Of a DNA stretch of 64,000 nt, positions 18,930 to 28,296 are shown piece after piece. Positions within the stretch are counted from its first letter, which is position 1; the number at the start of each line of letters is the position of its first letter. A program made the position numbers and the translations under genes. Source of the stretch: an uncultured Alphaproteobacteria bacterium (GTDB lineage: Bacteria; Pseudomonadota; Alphaproteobacteria; HIMB59; GCA-002718135); the NCBI GenBank assembly GCA_902560725.1, contig CACEMR010000005.1:3287-67286 (forward strand), written 5' to 3'. Below the pieces are notes generated by a model, which was not told the DNA's origin, did no database searches, and worked only from the letters and a program-made list of their open reading frames with translations.

Positions 18930-21900
18930 AAATACAATTGGACCTACAATTCATAAAGTAGAACCATTTTATTTATCTGATTATATAAAAAATAATAATG
19001 GATCAGTTTTGTATATTGGGAAAGATGAAAGAGAAATATCAAGTATAAAGAAAATATTAAATTGGCTAGTTCCTGAAATAGAAATATTATTATTTAAAGC
19101 TTGGGATCAAATACCTTATGATAAAGTTTCTCCAACTAAAGAAGTTCAAATTGAAAGATTAAAGACTTTAAAAAATTTAGCAGTTTCAAATTCTAAAAAA
19201 ATAATATTGACAACAATTAATTCTATACTGCAAAAAATAATTCCAAATAATGTAATTAATGAAAATATTTTTAATTTATCAATAAATCAAAAGATAAATT
19301 TTAATGATTTAATTAATAGCCTCCTACAATTAGGATTTCAAAGAACTGCTGTTGTTCGTGAAAAGTCTGAATTTGCTTTAAGAGGATCAATATTAGATAT
19401 TTTTCCAACAGATAGAGAATTGCCTGTAAGATTAGATTTTTTTGATGATGTAATAGAAAATATTTATGAGTTTGATGCTATTACACAAAAAAGACTTAAG
19501 AAAATTAATGAAAAATTAGATTTTAATTTATCAAGCGAGTTATTAATCAATGATAATTCTTTGAGTCTGTTTAGAGCTAATTTTAGAGAAATTTTTTCTA
19601 ATTATAGAAATAGTCAGATTTATAACTTATTCTCTGAAAAAATTATTCCGACAGGTGGTGAGCAGTTCTTACCATTATTTTATGATAAACTTGAAACTTT
19701 ATTTGATTATTTAAATAATTATACAGTTTTTTTAAATGATCAATTTGATAGCTTGTTAGATAACAGATTAGAAAATATTCAAGATTTTTACAATGCAAGA
19801 AAAGATACTATTGATAATTTTTTTTTGGAGCCAAAATTTTTTTATTTAAATAAAAAATTTATAAAAGATAAAATAAATAACCAAAAACATTTTTATTTTA
19901 ATACTTTTGATAAAAATAATATTGATAACATAGATGTAAAAACAATACATAATTTATCATCAATAAAAAAAGAAATTGATTTTAATTTTATTAATCAATT
20001 TTTTAATACAAATTCAAATAATAATAAAATATATATTTGTTGTCGTACTCAAGGAAGCTTAGAAAGAGTTTCAAGAATTCTCTCCAAAAATATAAACATT
20101 ACATTAAAAGAGGTTAAAAATTCAAATCATAGAAAAGAAGATAATATCTTAATTACTCAATTAAATTTAGAGGAATCATTAAAATTTAAAAATATAATTT
20201 ATATTAATGAAAAATCCTTATTTGGTTATTATTTTAATAATCAAGTAACTAGATCAAAAAAGCAAAGTATTTTTTTTGATGAACTTAACAAACTCTCAGT
20301 TGGATCAATTCTTGTTCATGCAGAATATGGTCTTTGTAGATTTAATAACATAAAAAAAATTGATTTAAATGACTCTACTCATGAGTGTCTTGAATTAGAA
20401 TTTGAAGATAATCAAAAATTATTTTTACCAGTAGAAAATTTAAATGTCGTATCGAAATATAGCGATGATTTAGATGAAAATATTACACTAGACAGTTTAG
20501 GATCTTTGCATTGGCAAAAAAGAAAAGCAGAAGCAAAGAAGAAAATTAAAGATGCGGCAAAAAAATTAATTTCTACTGCTTCAAAAAGACTTCAAACTAA
20601 ATCTTATAATATTAATACTGAAAATCCTGAATATGATAAATTTGCTAGCACATTTCCTTATGTAGAAACAGATGATCAATTAAATGCAATTCAAGATGTT
20701 TTTAATGATTTTTCTAAACAAACTCCATCAGATCGTTTAATTGTTGGAGATGTAGCTTTTGGTAAAACAGAGGTTATTTTAAGAGCAATATTTCTAGCAG
20801 CTAAATCAAAATTGCAATCTGTTGTTCTCGTTCCAACGACTATTCTTTCGAGACAACATTATAATAATTTTACAAAAAGACTCTCAATTTTTAATATTAA
20901 AGTAGCGGAGGTTTCAAGATTAATTTCTAATAACCAAAAAAAAGAAATTTTTGAAAAATGTAATAGCGGAAATATTGATGTTTTAATTGGCACTCATGCT
21001 TTGTTGAATGATAAATTGCAATTTAATAAATTGGGATTAATTATTTACGATGAGGAGCAGAAATTAGGAACAATACAAAAAGAAAAATTTAAAGAAATTG
21101 CACCTAAAGCTCATTGTATTTCTTTAAGTGCTACGCCTATTCCTAGGACTTTAAGTATGTCTCTTTCAGGTATAAGAGATTTAAGTTTAATTTTAACTGC
21201 ACCTTTTGAAAGATTGGCAGTTAGAACATATGTTTCTCCATTTGATTCATTAACTATTACTGAAGCAATTAAAAGAGAAATATTTGGTAGGAAAAATGGA
21301 GTTTACTTTGTTGTGCCAAGAAAAAAAGATTTACCTTTCATTGAAACATTCCTCAGAGACAATTTACCTGAAATTAAGTATGTTATAACGCATGGTAAAC
21401 TTGCACCTAAATTATTAGAAGACAGAATATCAAAATTTTATAATCAAGAAATTCCATTAATGTTAAGTACCAATATTATAGAGAATGGTTTAGACTTACC
21501 TCATGTTAATACAATAATAGTTTATAGATCAAATATATTCTCGTTAGCAGCTCTTTACCAACTTAAGGGCAGAGTTGGAAGATCATCAAAACGTGGTTAT
21601 GCATATATTACCTATAAAGAAAATGAATTAAAAAATACTGGACGAAAAAGATTATCAATAATTAATTCATCTGATCATTTAGGAGCAGGTTTTAATATTG
21701 CTTCCCAAGATTTAGATTTGAGAGGAGGAGGATCTATTATTGGTGAAGAACAAAGTGGATTTATTAGAGAGATTGGAACAGAATTATATCATCAAATGCT
21801 AGAGACAGAGATAAACATTCAAAAAAGTAAAATAAATAAAGAGATAGTAAACAAATCATCTTTTCATCCGATTATCAAAATTCCTGAAGAAATTTTTATA

Positions 21901-22296
21901 CCAGATAAATATATAAATGAAGTTGATTTAAGACTTTCAATTTATAAGAGAATATCAAATATAAATACTAAAAAAGAAATAGATGATATTAAAATTGAAT
22001 TAATAGATAGATTTGGAAACTTGCCAATACAATTAAATAACTTATTTAAAGTAGTTAAAATTAAATTACTTTGTTTAGATTTAAATATAGAAAAATTTGA
22101 GTTTAGTAGAAAAGGTATCTTAATAGGTTTCTATAGAAATAAACCAAAAAACCCTGATAAATTATTAAGTTTATCTCTTTCTAAAAAAAATACTTTTTTA
22201 CTTAGACCAGATCAAAAATTATTTTACGACTTTGAAGGAAAAATAATTAATAATAAATTTGAATTATCAAAAAACATAATTAAATTATTAAAATAG
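18919..22296 (+). CDS. mfd: Transcription-repair coupling factor
   Basis: 1125 aa. Central CarD/RID-like region (GSILVHAEYGLCRF), superfamily-2 motifs GDVAFGKTEV, DEEQKLG, SATPIPRT and QLKGRVGRS, and a TRCF C-terminal domain. Confidence 0.95.
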   Translation: MKIKNTIGPTIHKVEPFYLSDYIKNNNGSVLYIGKDEREISSIKKILNWLVPEIEILLFKAWDQIPYDKVSPTKEVQIERLKTLKNLAVSNSKKIILTTINSILQKIIPNNVINENIFNLSINQKINFNDLINSLLQLGFQRTAVVREKSEFALRGSILDIFPTDRELPVRLDFFDDVIENIYEFDAITQKRLKKINEKLDFNLSSELLINDNSLSLFRANFREIFSNYRNSQIYNLFSEKIIPTGGEQFLPLFYDKLETLFDYLNNYTVFLNDQFDSLLDNRLENIQDFYNARKDTIDNFFLEPKFFYLNKKFIKDKINNQKHFYFNTFDKNNIDNIDVKTIHNLSSIKKEIDFNFINQFFNTNSNNNKIYICCRTQGSLERVSRILSKNINITLKEVKNSNHRKEDNILITQLNLEESLKFKNIIYINEKSLFGYYFNNQVTRSKKQSIFFDELNKLSVGSILVHAEYGLCRFNNIKKIDLNDSTHECLELEFEDNQKLFLPVENLNVVSKYSDDLDENITLDSLGSLHWQKRKAEAKKKIKDAAKKLISTASKRLQTKSYNINTENPEYDKFASTFPYVETDDQLNAIQDVFNDFSKQTPSDRLIVGDVAFGKTEVILRAIFLAAKSKLQSVVLVPTTILSRQHYNNFTKRLSIFNIKVAEVSRLISNNQKKEIFEKCNSGNIDVLIGTHALLNDKLQFNKLGLIIYDEEQKLGTIQKEKFKEIAPKAHCISLSATPIPRTLSMSLSGIRDLSLILTAPFERLAVRTYVSPFDSLTITEAIKREIFGRKNGVYFVVPRKKDLPFIETFLRDNLPEIKYVITHGKLAPKLLEDRISKFYNQEIPLMLSTNIIENGLDLPHVNTIIVYRSNIFSLAALYQLKGRVGRSSKRGYAYITYKENELKNTGRKRLSIINSSDHLGAGFNIASQDLDLRGGGSIIGEEQSGFIREIGTELYHQMLETEINIQKSKINKEIVNKSSFHPIIKIPEEIFIPDKYINEVDLRLSIYKRISNINTKKEIDDIKIELIDRFGNLPIQLNNLFKVVKIKLLCLDLNIEKFEFSRKGILIGFYRNKPKNPDKLLSLSLSKKNTFLLRPDQKLFYDFEGKIINNKFELSKNIIKLLK

Positions 22297-23396
22297 TGAA
22301 AAAAACAATATTAATTTTTACAATCCTATTACTTTTATCTTCAAAATCTTTTTCTATAAATAGTATATATAAACTTTCATTAGTAAATAGCGGACTTGAC
22401 TCTCCGTGGAGTTTTTCTTTTATTAATCAAAATGAAATAATAATTACTGAAAAAACAGGAAATATTAAAATACTAAATCTTATTAACGGTGATATTTCTA
22501 AAATTTCACATAATTTAAATGTAATTGAGGATAATAATTCTCAAGGAGGACTTCTAGAGATATTATACCATAATGATAACAATATTTATATTAGTTATGC
22601 TGAAAAAAGAGGTGATTTTAAATTATACGGACCATCAAGTACATCTATTGCAAAAGCTAAATTTAATAAATCAAAATTAGACTTTATAAATATTTTTAGA
22701 GCTGAGCCACCAATTAGATCTCCTTATCATTTTGGATCGAGATTCATTATTAAAAATAATCACTTATATGCTTCAGTAGGTGAAAGAGGAAAAGGCATGA
22801 TTGCTCAAGAAGCTGATAAACATCCCGGCAGTATAATTAGAATTAATTTAGATGGTTCTATTCCACAAGATAACCCAAAATTTATCGATAAACCTAAATG
22901 GCTTCCTGAAATATTCCAAATTGGTGTAAGAAATCCTCAAGGTATGGCATTATCTCCTTTTGATAATAAAATTTATATAAGTAATCATGGAGCAAGAGGT
23001 GGAGATTGGTTTGGTGAAGTAAAAAAAAGTGAAAATTATGGTTGGAAAATATTAGGATGGGGAGGTAAAAATTATAATCTATCAAATATCGGTCCTAAAT
23101 GGTTACCTGGATACACAAAAGCAATTCAATATTGGGTTCCGTCTATCGCTGTTAGTGCTATATCTATATATAAAGGAGATGAATTTCCTGAATTTAACGG
23201 ATTAGCTTTGATTACTTCTCTTAAAGCACAAACTCTTCTTTCTTTAGACTTTTCTGATTTAAATAATATTAAGGAAAATATAATTATAGAAAAAGACATA
23301 GGAAGAATAAGAGATATTAAAATACACCCAATTAATGGAAAAATTTATTTATTAGCTCAAGATAAATTATGGCTTTTTGAGAAAAATAATAGTTAG
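22296..23396 (+). CDS. Secreted PQQ-dependent sugar dehydrogenase (YliI/Asd-like beta-propeller)
   Basis: 366 aa, GTG start overlapping the mfd stop (TAGTG), signal peptide. GLDSPWSFSF, GGLLEI, HFGSRF, GSIIRINLDGSIPQDNPF and VRNPQGMALSP are typical of soluble glucose/sorbosone dehydrogenase-type proteins. Confidence 0.8.
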   Translation: MKKTILIFTILLLLSSKSFSINSIYKLSLVNSGLDSPWSFSFINQNEIIITEKTGNIKILNLINGDISKISHNLNVIEDNNSQGGLLEILYHNDNNIYISYAEKRGDFKLYGPSSTSIAKAKFNKSKLDFINIFRAEPPIRSPYHFGSRFIIKNNHLYASVGERGKGMIAQEADKHPGSIIRINLDGSIPQDNPKFIDKPKWLPEIFQIGVRNPQGMALSPFDNKIYISNHGARGGDWFGEVKKSENYGWKILGWGGKNYNLSNIGPKWLPGYTKAIQYWVPSIAVSAISIYKGDEFPEFNGLALITSLKAQTLLSLDFSDLNNIKENIIIEKDIGRIRDIKIHPINGKIYLLAQDKLWLFEKNNS

Positions 23397-23412
23397 AATA
23401 AAATTAAATAAA

Positions 23413-23502
23413 TGGCGGAGAGAGTGAGATTCGAACTCACGAACGAGTTGCCCCGTTGCCGGTTTTCAAGACCGGTGCTTTCAACCGCTCAGCCATCTCT
23501 CC
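23413..23502 (-). tRNA. tRNA-Ser (anticodon UGA)
   Basis: The 90-nt reverse complement is GGAGAGATGGCTGAGCGGTTGAAAGCACCGGTCTTGAAAACCGGCAACGGGGCAACTCGTTCGTGAGTTCGAATCTCACTCTCTCCGCCA. Acceptor GGAGAGA/TCTCTCC, anticodon stem CCGGT/ACCGG with loop CTTGAAA, long variable arm, T arm GTGAG-TTCGAAT-CTCAC, encoded CCA. Confidence 0.95.
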
Positions 23503-23512
23503 TTAAGAAAGC

Positions 23513-23541
23513 TTACTACATTTTTGACACAAAAAAGTCAA
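23513..23541 (-). promoter_or_regulatory. Candidate promoter for tRNA-Ser (TTGACT-17 nt-TAGTAA)
   Basis: On the minus strand: -35 TTGACT (23541-23536), 17-nt spacer, -10 TAGTAA (23518-23513), 10 nt before the mature 5' end at 23502. Confidence 0.45.
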
Positions 23542-23543
23542 AA
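23522..23543. repeat. Perfect 7-bp inverted repeat TTTTGAC-N8-GTCAAAA containing back-to-back -35-like hexamers
   Basis: TTGACA on + (23524-23529) and TTGACT on - (23541-23536) form the two arms. Lies in the divergent tRNA-Ser / mltB spacer. Confidence 0.6.
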
Positions 23544-23596
23544 TATTAAGAAATATATTATTTCCTTATTAGTGATAGTTTTGGTATTTTTAAAAT

Positions 23597-24631
23597 ATGT
23601 TTTTAAGATTTATAGTAATAACTATATTTGTATCATTTAACTTACAAGCAGCAGATTGTGAAAAGCCAAAAATGCCAAGTGATGAAGTTTGGAATTCTTG
23701 GTTAGAAGATACTAAATTAGAAGCTATACAATTAGGGATAACTAAAAAAACAGTCATAAAATATTTAAATAATATAAAACCTCAAAGTAAAATTATCATG
23801 AGAGACAGATGTCAGCCTGAGTCCACAATAACTTTAGATGAATATTTATATTATAGAGTTGATAAATCTAGGATTGTTGCAGGTAAAAACATGCTTAAAG
23901 AACATAAAGAATTACTTGATGAAATTAGTAACCATTTTAAAATTCAGCCTAGATTTATAGTTTCAATATTAGGAATGGAAAGTTTCTATGGAAGAAATCA
24001 GGGTAAAGTAGATACAATTAAAGCAGTTACCACATTAGCCTTTGATAGAAGAAGAAGTAATTTTTATAAAAAACAACTTTTTGCAGCTTTAGAAATTCTT
24101 GATAAAAATTTAGTTCCAAATGGTCAGCTAAAAGGAAGCTGGGGTGGTGCAGTTGGTATGACTCAAATGATACCTACAACTTTTCTTGAAACTGCTTATG
24201 ATTGGGATGGTGGAGGAATAGATATTTGGAATAGTTTTGCTGATGCATTTGCTAGCACAGCTAATTATTTAACTTCACTAGATAAAAACCCTTGGTCGAT
24301 TAACAGTACTTGGGGCAGGGAAGTATTACCTCCAAAAAATATTGCATCAATATATAAATCTTTTGAGCAAATTAATCCAAAAGGATGTGGTGCTGTGAAA
24401 AGAAGATCTCAGCCTAAAACTCTATCTGAGTGGACTGATTTAGGATTTACTAAAATAAATGGAGATCCACTACCAGAAAGAAATGACTTAGAAGCTAGAT
24501 TAATAGCTCCAGATGGATTAAACGGAAGAATGTTTATAGTTTATCCAAATTATAAAAATATTTTATATTATAATTGTTCTTCATATTATGCTGTCTCTGT
24601 AGGATTATTAAGTGATAAAATTTCTAATTAG
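23597..24631 (+). CDS. Lytic murein transglycosylase (MltB/SLT_2 family)
   Basis: 344 aa with a signal peptide. ILGMESFYG and GAVGMTQMIPTTF match the catalytic Glu region and the GxMGxxQFMPxT motif. Confidence 0.85.
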   Translation: MFLRFIVITIFVSFNLQAADCEKPKMPSDEVWNSWLEDTKLEAIQLGITKKTVIKYLNNIKPQSKIIMRDRCQPESTITLDEYLYYRVDKSRIVAGKNMLKEHKELLDEISNHFKIQPRFIVSILGMESFYGRNQGKVDTIKAVTTLAFDRRRSNFYKKQLFAALEILDKNLVPNGQLKGSWGGAVGMTQMIPTTFLETAYDWDGGGIDIWNSFADAFASTANYLTSLDKNPWSINSTWGREVLPPKNIASIYKSFEQINPKGCGAVKRRSQPKTLSEWTDLGFTKINGDPLPERNDLEARLIAPDGLNGRMFIVYPNYKNILYYNCSSYYAVSVGLLSDKISN

Positions 24632-25544
24632 TTTTATTGTAATTTTATCAATAATTTCATGTAAGGAAATTCAAAAAAAACAAATTAATTCTAAAATAAA
24701 TGATGGAATAAAAAAAATTGAAGAAATTATTGAAAAAAAAGAAATTAATAAAAAAGAAAATAATAATATAATAACTAATAATAATGATATAATTTTTTAT
24801 TTCATTGGTGACCCATATTTTATTCAAGGTGTAGAATATGTACCAAAAGAAGATTATAATTATTCTGAAATTGGATTATCTACTTTTTACGGTAAAGAAT
24901 TACATAATGTAAAAACAATAAATAATGATTATAACAAAGTTACTGAACTTTTAGGAAGGCATAAAACTTTACCTATACCTAGTATGGTAAAATTAACTAA
25001 TTTAGATAATGGTTTGTCCATAAATATTAAGATTGTAGATAGGCATAACGATAATACAACTCTGATCCAAGTTTCTAGAAAAGTAGCTCAACTTTTAGGA
25101 TTTTATAAAGATAAAATCGCTACTGTAAGAGTTGATATTTTATCTGATCCAAGTAAACAGTGGAAAAATGTTTCTATGAGTTTGAACGAACCTGATTTTG
25201 ATAAAACATTATCATCTGCACCTACTGATATTGTTTCTATATCAAATATTGATAATATTAATTTAATAGAAGATGAAGAAGATAAAGATTTTTCAGAGCC
25301 AATTAAATTAAACTCTGAAGAGGTAAATGATTTTGAATTATATTTGAAAGTTTTTAAGTTTGAAGATTATGATGTTATTAAAAAAATTGTTGATAATTTC
25401 AATGGAGATTATAATTATACAACTGAAAAAAATGGTTTTAAATATGATATTATTATAGGACCAATAAATAAAAATGAAATTAATAATTTAGTTTCATACT
25501 TTATATCAAAAGGTTATAAAGAAACTAAAATTATTATAAATTAA
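24612..25544 (+). CDS. rlpA: Septal-ring lytic transglycosylase RlpA-family lipoprotein (DPBB + SPOR domains)
   Basis: 310 aa, GTG start. Lipobox-like LSIISC. DPBB region GLSTFYGKELHNVKT.N...YN......GRHKTLPIPSMVKLTNLDNGLSINIKIVDR...IQVSRKVAQLLGF. C-terminal SPOR-like repeat. Confidence 0.85.
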   Translation: MIKFLISFIVILSIISCKEIQKKQINSKINDGIKKIEEIIEKKEINKKENNNIITNNNDIIFYFIGDPYFIQGVEYVPKEDYNYSEIGLSTFYGKELHNVKTINNDYNKVTELLGRHKTLPIPSMVKLTNLDNGLSINIKIVDRHNDNTTLIQVSRKVAQLLGFYKDKIATVRVDILSDPSKQWKNVSMSLNEPDFDKTLSSAPTDIVSISNIDNINLIEDEEDKDFSEPIKLNSEEVNDFELYLKVFKFEDYDVIKKIVDNFNGDYNYTTEKNGFKYDIIIGPINKNEINNLVSYFISKGYKETKIIIN

Positions 25545-25581
25545 TCAAATTAAGGTCATAATTAATTGATAAAAAAATAAA

Positions 25582-26709
25582 ATGAAAAAATTTATATTTA
25601 CTATTTTATTATTATTTTCTTTTGAAACAAAATCTATAGATACTAAAGCTGAACAGGCAGTTGTAATTGATTTTGATACAAATGAAGTATTATTTGAAAA
25701 AAATTCAAATCAAAGAGTGATACCAGCATCAATGACAAAAATCATGACCATTTATGTTGCATTTGACAGAATAAAAAATTCAAATTTTAATATTAATAAT
25801 AAATGTAGAATATCAGCAAAAGCTTACAAAATGGGTGGTTCAAGAACATTTTTAGAAATAGATGATCAAGTGACTGTTGATGATCTACTTAAAGGTATAA
25901 TTGTACAATCTGGAAATGATGCTTCTATAGCACTTGCTGAATGCTTAGGTGGAACAGAAGAAGATTTTGCAAAATTAATGAATGTTTATGCAAAAAAATT
26001 AGGATTAAAAAATACTAATTTTATTAATTCATCTGGTTGGCCAGAAGACAATCATTATTCAAGTGTATATGATTTAGCTATTTTATCTAATTCATTAATA
26101 AAAGAATTTTCAGAATTGTATACTTATTTTGCAATGGATGAATTTACATACAACGATATCAGTCAACCAAATAGAAATAAATTACTTAAACAAGTGGAAG
26201 GAACTGATGGTTTAAAAACAGGTTTTACAAAAAAATCTGGATGGGGAATTGCAGCAACTGCAATAAGAGACAAAAGAAGAATTACTGTAGTAATAAATGG
26301 AACAAATAGCTCACGATCAAGATTAAATGAGTCATCTAATCTAATTAATTGGGCATTTAATCAGACTTCTCAAAAAATTATAGTAAATAAAGATCAAATT
26401 ATTAAAGAAGTTGATGTTTGGTTGGGTGTAAATCCAAGAGTTAATTTAATCAGTTCAGATAAAATAATATCAACATTATCTTTTGACCAATTGCAATTAA
26501 TGAATTCATCTATTGAATATACAAAACCAATTGCTGCACCGATTATTAAAGGTAAAGAGTATGGAAAACTAATTATTAATATCGATGGAAAACCTCAAAT
26601 TATTCTACCAATTGTTGCAAGTGAAGATATCGCTAAAGTTAATCCTTTTATTAAATTAATTGAAGCAGCAAAATATTTATTGTTTGGAACTAGTTTAAAT
26701 GAAAATTAA
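25582..26709 (+). CDS. D-alanyl-D-alanine carboxypeptidase (PBP5/6 class)
   Basis: 375 aa with a signal peptide. SxxK (ASMTK), SxN (SGND) and KTG (KTGFT) motifs, plus a C-terminal beta-sandwich domain. Confidence 0.9.
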   Translation: MKKFIFTILLLFSFETKSIDTKAEQAVVIDFDTNEVLFEKNSNQRVIPASMTKIMTIYVAFDRIKNSNFNINNKCRISAKAYKMGGSRTFLEIDDQVTVDDLLKGIIVQSGNDASIALAECLGGTEEDFAKLMNVYAKKLGLKNTNFINSSGWPEDNHYSSVYDLAILSNSLIKEFSELYTYFAMDEFTYNDISQPNRNKLLKQVEGTDGLKTGFTKKSGWGIAATAIRDKRRITVVINGTNSSRSRLNESSNLINWAFNQTSQKIIVNKDQIIKEVDVWLGVNPRVNLISSDKIISTLSFDQLQLMNSSIEYTKPIAAPIIKGKEYGKLIINIDGKPQIILPIVASEDIAKVNPFIKLIEAAKYLLFGTSLNEN

Positions 26710-27310
26710 AAAAGGAATTTTTATTTCATTCGAAGGACCCGAGGCTAGTGGAAAATCTTCACAAATTATACTTTTAAAAAAATATTTTAAAAAAAATAAT
26801 ATTCCTTTTTATACAACTAGAGAACCAGGTGGAACGAGAATAGCAGAAAAATTAAGAAAAATAATTTTAAGTAATAAATCAAATATAAATAATATTGAAG
26901 AAATCTTACTCCTTATGGCTGCACGATCAAATCATATAAACAATGTAATAATTCCTAATCTTGATAAAGGAAAAATTGTAATATCTGATAGATACGCTGA
27001 TTCTACATTCGTATATCAAGGTTTTGTTAATAAATTTGGTATCCCAAAAATAAAAAGATTGCACTCGGATATTTTAAATAATTTTAATCCTAATTTTACT
27101 TTTATTTTCAATTTAAAAGTAAATGAAATTATTAAAAGATTAAAAAAAAGAAAAAATAAAAATAAATATGATAAAAATAATATAAATTTTCATAAAAAAG
27201 TTATTGAAGGATATAAGATTATATCTAAATCTAAAAGATATATTAATATCGATGCCTCACTTAGTAAGGAAACGATTCATAAAAAGATTATTAAATCTTT
27301 AAATTTATAA
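26699..27310 (+). CDS. tmk: Thymidylate kinase
   Basis: 203 aa. FISFEGPEASGKSSQ P-loop, TREPGGT, DRYADST. Confidence 0.9.
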   Translation: MKIKKGIFISFEGPEASGKSSQIILLKKYFKKNNIPFYTTREPGGTRIAEKLRKIILSNKSNINNIEEILLLMAARSNHINNVIIPNLDKGKIVISDRYADSTFVYQGFVNKFGIPKIKRLHSDILNNFNPNFTFIFNLKVNEIIKRLKKRKNKNKYDKNNINFHKKVIEGYKIISKSKRYINIDASLSKETIHKKIIKSLNL

Positions 27311-27311
27311 A

Positions 27312-28295
27312 ATGAATAATTTGATTGGTTTTGATAAAAGTTTCAATAAATTATTAGAAAATTATAATTCAATGAATTTACATTCATCAATTATATTTTA
27401 TGGCCCTAAAGGAATAGGAAAGAGAAAATTTATTAATAATTTTATAAATAAAATTTTTAAAATTAATTTCGAACTTAATGATTTTTCTCATCATAATAAT
27501 TTATTTCTAAATAATTCGCATCCAAATATAATGATATTAGAAAGAGAAATTGACTCAAAAACTAAAAAATTAAAAAAATATATTACTATTGATCAAATAA
27601 GAATTTTAAAGAAATTTATTAATGAAAGTGCATCATTAAAAAAAATGAGTAAATTTATAATTTTTGATAGTGCAGATGATTTAAATATTAATTCTGCAAA
27701 TAGTTTATTAAAAAATTTAGAAGAACCAAATCAGAATACTTTTATTTTTTTAATTTGTCATAATTTATCATCTTTAATACCTACTATTAGGTCAAGATGC
27801 TTAAAAATAAAAATGAATAAACACAATTTAAATGATTTTAAAAAAATTTTATTAGATAATATTGATATAGATAATGATGATGAAATAAATTTTTTATATG
27901 ATCTATCGCACGGGTCTCCTGGTAGCGCAATCTCTTTATATAATGGTGATATTTTAGATACATTTGAAATTACAGTTAAAAGTCTAATAACTAATGAAAT
28001 TAATAAAGATAAAGTTAATTTATCAAATTTATTAGCTGACCTTGAAAATGATAGATTCCAAAATTATTTATCTTTTCTTAAATCTATTCTAATTATTTTA
28101 AATAAAATTAAAGATAATAATTATGACTCAAATTACTTTTTATCAAAAAAACTAAATATATTAAATGATGTCTCTAATCATTTAACAAAAAAAAATATCA
28201 TTGATAGATTTGAATTTTTAATTAATAACGAAAAAGATTTATTTACTTATAATTTGGATAAAAAATTATTTATGTTAAAATTTTTGGCTAATTAA
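27312..28295 (+). CDS. holB: DNA polymerase III delta' subunit
   Basis: 327 aa. FYGPKGIGKRKF, NSLLKNLEEP, IPTIRSRC. Position tmk-holB-metG is conserved in alphaproteobacteria. Confidence 0.8.
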   Translation: MNNLIGFDKSFNKLLENYNSMNLHSSIIFYGPKGIGKRKFINNFINKIFKINFELNDFSHHNNLFLNNSHPNIMILEREIDSKTKKLKKYITIDQIRILKKFINESASLKKMSKFIIFDSADDLNINSANSLLKNLEEPNQNTFIFLICHNLSSLIPTIRSRCLKIKMNKHNLNDFKKILLDNIDIDNDDEINFLYDLSHGSPGSAISLYNGDILDTFEITVKSLITNEINKDKVNLSNLLADLENDRFQNYLSFLKSILIILNKIKDNNYDSNYFLSKKLNILNDVSNHLTKKNIIDRFEFLINNEKDLFTYNLDKKLFMLKFLAN

Positions 28296-28296
28296 A

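Noticed and set aside
24612-24631. The 20-nt overlap between the mltB-like and rlpA genes considered as a frameshift or fused pseudogene.
   Set aside because: rlpA has its own GTG start followed by a complete lipoprotein signal (LSIISC). The mltB-like protein is full length. This is ordinary gene overlap.
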